Notes under the pieces: generated by a model
The model's database searches: none
What the model was told of the DNA's origin: nothing
Seen by the model: the letters and a program-made list of their open reading frames with translations, nothing else
Program-made: the position numbers and the translations under genes
Shown: in pieces, positions 54,371 through 64,000 of the stretch
Layout of the letters: each line of letters starts with the position of its first letter
Position numbering within the stretch: the stretch's first letter is position 1
Origin: Camelus dromedarius
Taxonomy: Eukaryota
Direction: 5' to 3'
NCBI RefSeq assembly: GCF_036321535.1
Contig: NC_087436.1
Coordinates: 2,542,001-2,606,000 of the forward strand
DNA length: 64,000 nucleotides

Positions 54371-56593
54371 CTAGTACCTCGCTATATATATGTATGGAGT
54401 GGGGTTTGCAACTGAAAAGGAACTTTGTGTTCCCAACAAGCTAGGTGAAGAACGGCTTTCACACACACTTATCTCTCAGAACTGAGCATGTGGAAAGACT
54501 TTCGTTCATCTAGCACAAAGTGAAAGTGTTACAGTAGAAACTTTTACTCTGGTTTCTCAGTCTATTTCCTAGTGCCGGTTTGAAGTTCCTGCAGTTTTCA
54601 CTGTAAAACCGAGTTGGAGCTAGTACCTCCCCATAAATATGTATGGAGTGGTGTTTGCAAATGAACAGAAACTTTGTGTTCCCAACAAGCTAGGTGAAGG
54701 ACGGCTTTCACACACACTTATCTCTGAGAACTGAGCATGTGGAGAGACGTTCGTTCATATAGCACAAAGGGAACGGGTTGTAGGAGAAACTTTTACTCTG
54801 GTCTCTCAGTCTGTTTCCTAGTGCCGGTTTGAAGTTCCTGCAGTTTTCACTGTAAAACCGAGTTGGAGCTAGTACCTCCCCGTAAAAATGTATGGAGTGG
54901 AGTTTGCAAATGAAAAGAAACTTTGTGTTCCCAACAAGCTAAGTGAAGGACGGCTTTCACACACACTTATCTCTGAGAAATGAGCATGTGGAGAGACGTT
55001 CGTTCATCTAGCACAAATGGAACATGTTGCAGGAGGAACTTTTACTCTGGACTCTCGGTCTGTTTCCTAGTGCCGGTTTGAAGTTACTGCTGTTTACACT
55101 GTAAAACCGAGTTGGGGCTAGTACCTCCCCATATATATCTATGGAGTGGAGTTTGCAACTGAAAAGAAACTTTGTGTTCCCAACAAGCTAGGTGAAGTAC
55201 GGCTTTCACTCACACTTATCTCTCAGAACTGAGCATGTGGAGAGACGTTCGTTCATCTAGCACAAAAGGAACGGGATGCAGGAGAAACTTTTACTCTGGT
55301 TTCTCAGTCTGTTTCCTAGTGGGGTTTTGAAGTTCCTGCAGTTTTCACTGTAAAACGGAGTGGGAGCTTGTACCTCCCCATAAATATTTATGGAGTGGAG
55401 TTTGCAACTGAAAAGAAACTTTGTGTTCCCAACAAGCTAGGTGAAGTAAGCTTTCACACACACTTATCTCTGAGAACTGAGCATGTGGAGAGACGTTCGT
55501 TCATCTAGCACAAAGGGAACGTGTTGCAGGACAAACTATTACTCTGGTCTCTCAGTCTGTTTCCTAGTGCCGGTTTGAAGTTCCTGCAGTTTTCACTGTA
55601 AAACCGAGTTGGAGCTATTACCTCCCCATATATATGTATGGAGTGGAGTTTGCAACTCAAAAGAAACTTTGTGTTCCAAACAAGGTAGGTGAAGTACGGC
55701 TTTCACACACACTTATCTCTCAGAACTGAGCATGTGGAGAGACGTTCGTTCATCTAGCACAAAGGGAACGGTTTGCAGGAGAAACTTTTACTCTGGTTTC
55801 AGTCTGTTTCCTACTGCCTGTTTGAAGTTCCTGCAGTTTTCACTGTAAAACCGAGTTGGAGCTAGTACCTCCCCATATATATGTATGGAGTGGAGTTTGC
55901 AACTGAAAAGAAACTTTGTGTTCCCAACAAGCTAGGTGAAGGACGGCTTTCACACACACTTATCTCTCAGAACTGAGCATATGGAGAGACGTTCGTTCAT
56001 CTAGCACAAATGGAACCGTTTGCAGGAGAAACTTTTACTCTGGTTTCTCAGACTGTTTCCTAGTGCCGGTTTGAATTTCCTGCAGTTTTCACTGTAAAAC
56101 CGAGTTGGAGCTAGTACCTCGCTATATATATGTATGGAGTGGGGTTTGCAACTGAAAAGGAACTTTGTGTTCCCAACAAGCTAGGTGAAGAACGGCTTTC
56201 ACACACACTTATCTCTCAGAACTGAGCATGTGGAAAGACTTTCGTTCATCTAGCACAAAGTGAAAGTGTTACAGTAGAAACTTTTACTCTGGTTTCTCAG
56301 TCTATTTCCTAGTGCCGGTTTGAAGTTCCTGCAGTTTTCACTGTAAAACCGAGTTGGAGCTAGTACCTCCCCATAAATATGTATGGAGTGGTGTTTGCAA
56401 ATGAACAGAAACTTTGTGTTCCCAACAAGCTAGGTGAAGGACGGCTTTCACACACACTTATCTCTGAGAACTGAGCATGTGGAGAGACGTTCGTTCATAT
56501 AGCACAAAGGGAACGGGTTGTAGGAGAAACTTTTACTCTGGTCTCTCAGTCTGTTTCCTAGTGCCGGTTTGAAGTTCCTGCAGTTTTCACTGT
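53064..56593. repeat. Apparently identical tandem 7-monomer duplication (1740 bp)
   Basis: Lines 53101-54840 match 54841-56580 with no difference seen by eye, including private GTGAAGTAAGCTTTC (53701/55441) and CCTCGCTATA. Confidence 0.93.
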
Positions 56594-58260
56594 CAAACCG
56601 AGATGGAGCTAGTACCTCCCCATATATATGTATGGATTGGAGTTTGCAAATGAAAAGAAACTTTGTGTTCCCAAGAAGCTAGGTGAAGGACGGCTTATAC
56701 ACACACTTATCTCTCAGAACTGAACATGTGGAGAGACGTTCATTCATCTAGCACAAAGGGAACGGGTTGCAGGAGAAACTTTTACTCTGGTCTCTCAGTC
56801 TGTTTCCTAGTGCCTGTTTGAAGTTCCTGCAGATTTCACTGTAAAACCGATTTGGAGCTAGTACCTCCACATAAATATGTATGGAGTGGAGTTTGCAAGT
56901 GAATAGAAACTTTGTGTTCCCAACAAGCTAGGTGAATTACGGCTTTCACACACACTTATCTCTGAGAACTGAGCATGTGGAGAGATTTTCGTTCATCTAG
57001 CACAAAGGGAACGTGTTACTGGAGAAACTTTTACTGTGGTTTCTCAGACTATTTCCTAGTGCCTGTTTGAAGTTCCTGCAGTTTTCACTGTAAAACCAAG
57101 TTGGAGCTAGTACCTCCCCATAAATATATATGGAGTGGAGTTTGCAACTGAAAAGAAACTTTGTGTTCCCAACAAGCTAGGTGAAGAACGGCTTTCACAC
57201 ACACTTATCTCTGAGAACTGAGCATGTGGAGAGACGTTCGTTCATCTAGCGCAAAGTGAACTGGTTGCAGGAGAAACTTTTACTCTGGTCTCTCAGTCTG
57301 TTTCCTAGTGCCGGTTTGAAGTTCCTGCAGTTTTCACTGTCAAACCGAGATGGAGCTAGTACCTCCCCATATATATTTATGGATTGGTGTTTGCAAATGA
57401 AAAGAAACTTTGTGTTCCCAAGAAGCTAGGTGAAGGACGGCTTATACACACACTTATCTCTCAGAACTGAGCATGTGGAGAGACGTTCATTCATCTAGCA
57501 CAAAGGGAACGGGTTGCAGGAGAAACTTTTACTCTGGTCTCTCAGTCTGTTTCCTAGTGCCTGTTTGAAGTTCCTGCAGATTTCACTGTAAAACCGATTT
57601 GGAGCTAGTACCTCCACATAAATATGTATGGAGTGGAGTTTGCAAGTGAAAAGAAACTTTGTGTTCCCAACAAGCTAGGTGAATTACGGCTTTCACACAC
57701 ACTTATCTCTGAGAACTGAGCATGTGGAGAGATTTTCGTTCATCTAACACAAAGGGAACGTGTTACAGGAGAAACTTTTACTGTGGTTTCTCAGTCTATT
57801 TCCTAGTGCCGGTTTGAAGTTCCTGCAGTTTTCACTGTAAAACCGAGTTGGAGCTTGTACCTCCCCATAAATATATATGGAGTGGAGTTTGCAACTGAAA
57901 AGAAACTTTGTGTTCCCAACAAGCTAGGTGAAGGACGGCTTTCACACACACTTATCTCTGAGAACTGAGCATGTGGAGAGACGTTCGTTCATCTAGCACA
58001 AAGGGAACGGGTTGCAGGAGAAACTTTGACTCTGGTCTCTCAGTCTGTTTCCTAGTGCCGGTTTGAAGTTCCTGCAGTTTTCACTGTCAATCCGAGATGG
58101 AGCTAGTACCTCCCCATATATATGTATGGATTGGAGTTTGCAAATGAAAAGAAACTTTGTGTTCCCAAAAGCTAGGTGAAGGACGGCTTTCACACACACT
58201 TATCTCTCAGAACTGAGCATGTGGAGAGACGTTCGTTCATCTAGCACAAAGGGAACGGGT
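56590..58260. repeat. 3-monomer (747 bp) higher-order unit, ~2.3 copies
   Basis: CTTATACAC at 56694/57441; GCAGATTTCAC, CCTCCACATAAAT and GGTGAATTACGG recur at +747. Confidence 0.87.
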
Positions 58261-61200
58261 TGCAGGAGAAACTTTTACTCTGGTTTCTCAGTCTGTTTCC
58301 TAGTGCCGGTTTGAAGTTCCTGCAGTTTTCACTGTAAAACCGAGTTGGAGCTAGTACCTCCCCAAAAATATATATGGAGTGGAGTTTGCAACTGAAAAGA
58401 AACTTTGTGTTCCCAACAAGCTAAGTGAAGGACGGCTTTCACACACAATTATCTATGAGAACTGAGCATGTGGAGAGATGTTCGTTCATCTAGCACAAAG
58501 GGAACGTGTTGCAGGAGAAACTTTTACTCTGGTCTCTCAGTCTGTTTCCTAGTGCCGTTTTGAAGTTCCTGCATTTTTCACTGTCAAACCGAGTTGGAGC
58601 TAGTACCACCCCATATATATGTATGGAGTGGAGTTTGCAACTGAAAAGAAACTTTGTGTTCCCAAGAAGCTAGGTGAAGGACGGCTTTCAAACACACTTA
58701 TCTCTCAGAACTGAGCATGTGGAGAGACGTTCCCTCATCTAGCACAAAGAGAACGGGTTGCAGGAGAAACTTTTCTCTCATTTCTCAGTCTATTTCCTAG
58801 TGCCGGTTAGAAGTTCCTGCATGATTCACTGTAAAACCGAGTTGGAGCTTGTACTTCCCCATATATATTTATGGATTGGAGCTTGCAACTGAAAAGAAAC
58901 TTTGTGTTCCCAACAAGCTAGGTGAAGAACGGCTTTCACACACACATATATCTCAGAACTGAGCATGTGGAGAGACGTTCGTTCATCTAGCACAAAGGGA
59001 ACTGGTTGCAGGAGAAACTTTTACTCTGGTTTCTCAGTATGTTTCCTGTTGCCGCTTTGAAGTTCCTGCAGTTTTCACTGTAAAAAAGAGTTGGAGCTAG
59101 TACCTCCCCATATATATGTATGGAGTGGAGATTGCAATTGAAGAGAAAATTTGTGTTCCCAACAAGCTATGTGAAGGACGGCTTTCACACACAGTTAACT
59201 CTCAGAACTGAGAATGTGGAGAGACGTTCATTCATCTAGCACAAAGAGAACGGTTTGCAGGGGAAAGTTTTACTCTGGTTTCTCAGAGAATTTCCTAGTG
59301 CCGTTTTGAAGTTCGTTTAGTTTTCACTGTAAAACCGAGTTGGTGCTAGTACCACCCCATATATATGTATGTAGTGGAGTTTGCAACTGAAAAGAATCTT
59401 TGAGTTCCAATCAAGCTAGGTGAAGGACGGCTTTCACACACACTTATCTCTCAGAACTGAGCATGTGGAGAGACGTTCGTTCATCTAGCACAAAGAGAAC
59501 GGTTTGCAGGGGAAAGTTTTACTCTGGTTTCTCAGACTATTTCCTAGTGCCGGTTTGAAGTTCCTGCAGGTTTCACTGTAAAACCGAGTTTCAGCTAGTA
59601 CCTCCCCATATATATGTATGGAGTGAAGTTTGCAAATGAAAAGATACTTTGTGTTCCCAAGAAGCGATGTGAATTACGGCTTTCACACACACTTATCTCT
59701 CAGAACTGAGCATGAGGAGAGACGTTCGTTCATCTAGCAGAAAGGGAACGGGTTGTAGGAGAAACTTTTACTCTGGTTTCTCAGTCTGTTTCCTAGTGTC
59801 GGTATGAAGTTCCTGCAGTTTTCACTGTAAAACCGAGTTGGAGCTAGTACCTCTACATAAATATGTATGGAGTGGAGTTAGCAACTGAACAGAAACTTTG
59901 TGTTCCCAACAAGCTAGGTGAAGGACGGCTTTCACACACATATTTCTCTCAGAACTGAGCATGTGGAGAGACGTTCGTTCATCTAGCAGAAAGGGAACGT
60001 GTTGTAGGAGAAACTTTTACTCTGGTTTCTCAGTCTGTTTCCTAGTGCCGGTTTGAAGTTCCTGCAGTTTTCACTGTCAAACCGAGTTGGAGCTAGTACC
60101 TCCCCATATATATGTATGGAGTGGAGTTTGCAACTGAAAAGAAACTTTGTGTTCCCAACAAGCTAGGTGAAGGACGGCTTTCACACACACTTATCTTTCA
60201 CAACTGAGCATGTGGAGAGACTTTCGTTCATCTAGCACAAAGGGAACTGGTTGCAGGAGAAACTTTTACTCTGGTTTCTAATTCTTTTTCGTAGAGCCGG
60301 GTTGAAGTTCCTGCAGTTTTCACTGTAAAATCGAGTTGGAGCTTGTACTTCCCCATATATATGTATGGAGTGGGGTTTGCAACTGAAAAGAAACTTTGTG
60401 TTCCCAACAAGCTAGGTGAAGGACGGCTTTCACACACAATTATCTCTCAGAACTGAGCATGTGGAGAGACGTTCATTCATCTAGCACAAAGGGAACTGTT
60501 TGCAGGAGAAACTTTTACTCTGGATTCTCATTCTGTTTCCTAGTGCCGGTTTGAATTTCCTGCAGTTTTCACTATAAAACCGAGTTGGAGCTAGTACCTC
60601 CCCATATATATGTATGGAGTGGAGTTTGCAACTGAAACGAAACTTTGTGTTCCCAACAACCTAGTTGAAGGACGGCTTTCACACACACTTATCTCTCAGA
60701 ACTGAGCATGTGGAGAGACGTTCATTCATCTAGCACAAAGGGAACTGTTTGCAGGAGAAACTTTTACTCTGGATTCTCATTCTGTTTCCTAGTGCCTGTT
60801 GGAAGTTCCTGCAGATTTCACTGTAAAACCGAGTTGGAGCTAGTACCTCCACATAAATATGTATGGAGTGGAGTTTGCAAGTCAAAAGAAACTTTGTGTT
60901 CCCAACAAGCTAGGTGAATCACGGCTTTCACACACAATAATCTCTGAGAACTGGGCATGTGGAGAGACTTTCGATCATCTAGCACAAAGGGAACGGGTTA
61001 CAGGAGAAATTTTACTCTGGTTTCTCAGTCTATTTCCTAGTGCCGGTTTGAAGTTCCTGCAGTTTTCACTGTAAAACCGAGTTGGAGCTAGTACCTCCCC
61101 ATAAATATGTATGGAGTGGTGTTTGCAAATGAACAGAAACTTTGTGTTCCCAACAAGCTAGGTGAAGGACGGCTTTCACACACATATTTCTCTCAGAACT

Positions 61201-61949
61201 GAGCATGTGGAGAGACGTTCATTCATCTAGCAGAAAGGGAACGGGTTGTAGGAGAAACTTTTCTCTGGTTTCTCAGTCTGTTTCCTAGTGCCGGTTTGAA
61301 GTTCCTGCAGTTTTCACTGTAAAACCGAGTTGGAGCTAGTACCTCCCCATATATATGTATGGAGTGGTGTTTGCAACTGAAAAGAAAGTTTGTGTTCCCA
61401 ACAAGTTAGGTGAAGGACGGCTTTCACACACACTTATCTCTCAGAAATGAGCATGTGGAGAGACGTTCGTTCATCTAGCACAAAGGGAACGGGTTGCAGG
61501 AGAAACTTTTACTCTGGTTTGTCAGTCTGTTTCCTAGTGCCGGTTTGAAGTTCCTGCAGTTTTCACTGTAAAACCAAGTTGGAGCTAGTACCTCCCCATA
61601 AATATATATGGAGTGGAGTTTGCAACTGAAAAGAAACTTTGTGTTCCCAACAAGCTAGGTGAAGAACGGCTTTCACACACACTTATCTTTGAGAACTGAG
61701 CATGTGGAGAGACGTTCGTTCATCTAGCGCAAAGTGAACGGGTTGCAGGAGAAACTTTTACTCTGGTCTCTCAGTCTGTTTCCTAGTGCCGGTTTGAAGT
61801 TCCTGCAGTTTTCACTGTAAAACCGATTTGGAGCTAGTACCTCCCCATAAATATATATGGAGTGGAGTTTGCAACTGAAAAGAAACTTTGTGTTCCCAAC
61901 GAGCTAGGTGAAGGACGTCTTTCACACACACTTATCTCTGAGAACTGAG

Positions 61950-64000
61950 CATGTGGAGAGACGTTCGTTCATATAGCACAAAGGGAACGTGTTGCAGGAG
62001 AAACTTTTACTCTGGTCTCTCAGTCTGTTTCCTAGTGCCGGTTTGAAGTTCCTGCAGTTTTCACTGTCAAACCGAGATGGAGCTAGTACCTCCCCATATA
62101 TATGTATGGATTGGAGTTTGCAAATGAAAAGAAACTTTGTGTTCCCAAGAAGCTAAGTGAAGGACGGCTTATACACACACTTATCTCTCAGAACTGAACA
62201 TGTGGAGAGACGTTCATTCATCTAGCACAAAGGGAACGGGTTGCAGGAGAAACTTTTACTCTGGTCTCTCAGTCTGTTTCCTAGTGCCTGTTTGAAGTTC
62301 CTGCAGATTTCACTGTAAAACCGATTTGGAGCTAGTACCTCCACATAAATATGTATGGAGTGGAGTTTGCAAGTGAATAGAAACTTTGTGTTCCCAACAA
62401 GCTAGGTGAATTACGGCTTTCACACACACTTATCTCTGAGAACTGAGCATGTGGAGAGATTTTCGTTCATCTAGCACAAAGGGAACGTGTTACTGGAGAA
62501 ACTTTTACTGTGGTTTCTCAGACTATTTCCTAGTGCCTGTTTGAAGTTCCTGCAGTTTTCACTGTAAAACCAAGTTGGAGCTAGTACCTCCCCATAAATA
62601 TATATGGAGTGGAGTTTGCAACTGAAAAGAAACTTTGTGTTCCCAACAAGCTAGGTGAAGAACGGCTTTCACACACACTTATCTCTGAGAACTGAGCATG
62701 TGGAGAGACGTTCGTTCATCTAGCGCAAAGTGAACGGGTTGCAGGAGAAACTTTAACTCTGGTCTCTCAGTCTGTTTCCTAGTGCCGGTTTGAAGTTCCT
62801 GCAGTTTTCACTGTAAAACCGAGTTGGAGCTAGTACCTCCCCATAAATATATATGGAGTGGAGTTTGCAACTGAAAAGAAACTTTGTGTTCCCAACAAGC
62901 TAGGTGAAGGACGGCTTTCACACACACTTATCTCTGAGAACTGAGCATGTGGAGAGACGTTCGTTCATCTAGCACAAAGGGAACGTGTTGCAGGAGAAAC
63001 TTTGACTCTGGTCTCTCAGTCTGTTTCCTAGTGCCGGTTTGAAGTTCCTGCAGTTTTCACTGTCAAACCGAGATGGAGCTAGTACCTCCCCATATATATT
63101 TATGGATTGGTGTTTGCAAATGAAAAGAAACTTTGTGTTCCCAAGAAGCTAGGTGAAGGACGGCTTATACACACCTTATCTCTCAGAACTGAGCATGTGG
63201 AGAGACGTTCATTCATCTAGCACAAAGGGAACGGGTTGCAGGAGAAACTTTTACTCTGGTCTCTCAGTCTGTTTCCTAGTGCCTGTTTGAAGTTCCTGCA
63301 GATTTCACTGTAAAACCGATTTGGAGCTAGTACCTCCACATAAATATGTATGGAGTGGAGTTTGCAAGTGAAAAGAAACTTTGTGTTCCCAACAAGCTAG
63401 GTGAATTACGGCTTTCACACACACTTATCTCTGAGAACTGAGCATGTGGAGAGATTTTCGTTCATCTAGCACAAAGGGAACGTGTTACAGGAGAAACTTT
63501 TACTGTGGTTTCTCAGTCTATTTCCTAGTGCCGGTTTGAAGTTCCTGCAGTTTTCACTGTAAAACCGAGTTGGAGCTTGTACCTCCCCATAAATATATAT
63601 GGAGTGGAGTTTGCAACTGAAAAGAAACTTTGTGTTCCCAACAAGCTAGGTGAAGGAAGGCTTTCACACACACTTATCTCTGAGAACTGAGCATGTGGAG
63701 AGACGTTCGTTCATCTAGCACAAAGGGAACGGGTTGCAGGAGAAACTTTGACTCTGGTCTCTCAGTCTGTTTCCTAGTGCCGGTTTGAAGTTCCTGCAGT
63801 TTTCACTGTCAAACCGAGATGGAGCTAGTACCTCCCCATATATATGTATGGATTGGAGTTTGCAAATGAAAAGAAACTTTGTGTTCCCAAAAGCTAGGTG
63901 AAGGACGGCTTTCACACACACTTATCTCTCAGAACTGAGCATGTGGAGAGACGTTCGTTCATCTAGCACAAAGGGAATGGGTTGCAGGAGAAACTTTTAC
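61950..64000. repeat. Copy of ~56480-58280 with one extra monomer
   Basis: The offset is 5474 (56694/62168), then 5723-5722 (57441/63164; ORF pair 57993/63715). The shift is 249 bp. Confidence 0.87.

Larger units (their letters stand above)
1..64000. repeat. Tandem satellite array, 249-bp monomer, ~257 head-to-tail copies (centromeric/pericentromeric-like; family not identified)
   Basis: Consensus read by eye: TAGGTGAAGGACGGCTTTCACACACACTTATCTCTCAGAACTGAGCATGTGGAGAGACGTTCGTTCATCTAGCACAAAGGGAACGGGTTGCAGGAGAAACTTTTACTCTGGTTTCTCAGTCTGTTTCCTAGTGCCGGTTTGAAGTTCCTGCAGTTTTCACTGTAAAACCGAGTTGGAGCTAGTACCTCCCCATATATATGTATGGAGTGGAGTTTGCAACTGAAAAGAAACTTTGTGTTCCCAACAAGC. Units start at 1, 250, ... 63895; 63894/257 = 248.6 bp mean. 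The array runs off both window ends. The consensus has one PstI site (CTGCAG) and one HpaII/MspI site (CCGG) per monomer. Confidence 0.99.

Noticed and set aside
2443..63921. All 60-90 aa ORFs in the supplied track as protein-coding genes or a peptide family
   Set aside because: They are translations of the satellite monomer in various frames. They appear only where a small deletion or substitution removes a stop, they occur on both strands of the same sequence, and they have no recognisable domain or gene context.
1..64000. CRISPR array or other repeat-spacer system
   Set aside because: There are no unique spacers: the entire 249 bp repeats, and no cas-like ORFs are present.
1..64000. Hidden transposon insertion, inversion or unique island
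   Set aside because: Reading through the window, every stretch stays in monomer register on the same strand, and the total length fits 257 monomers with small deletions.
1..64000. Assignment to a named satellite family or species
   Set aside because: I do not recognise the consensus with confidence. A database search is required.

Overview
The whole 64 kb window is one uninterrupted, single-orientation tandem satellite array. The monomer is 249 bp and about 45% GC by hand count of the consensus, with about 257 full copies plus a partial one. Its size, homogeneity and block structure resemble eukaryotic centromeric or pericentromeric satellite DNA, but I cannot assign the family or species from sequence alone. 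I found no genes, RNA genes, transposon insertions, CRISPR spacers or inversions, and every ORF in the track is a by-product of the repeat. The real structure lies in the monomer variants. They reveal nested multi-monomer duplications (3-, 4-, 6-, 7-, 9-, 14-, 16-, 18-, 22- and 36-mer offsets), a rearranged repeat of about 14 kb at a 16-20 kb offset, long-range copies about 22 kb apart, three variant domains and one diverged patch. The variants also show an apparent C:G>A:T transversion bias and a deletion-only indel pattern. I see no evidence for a novel gene-encoded system. All alignments were done by eye, so block boundaries are approximate.
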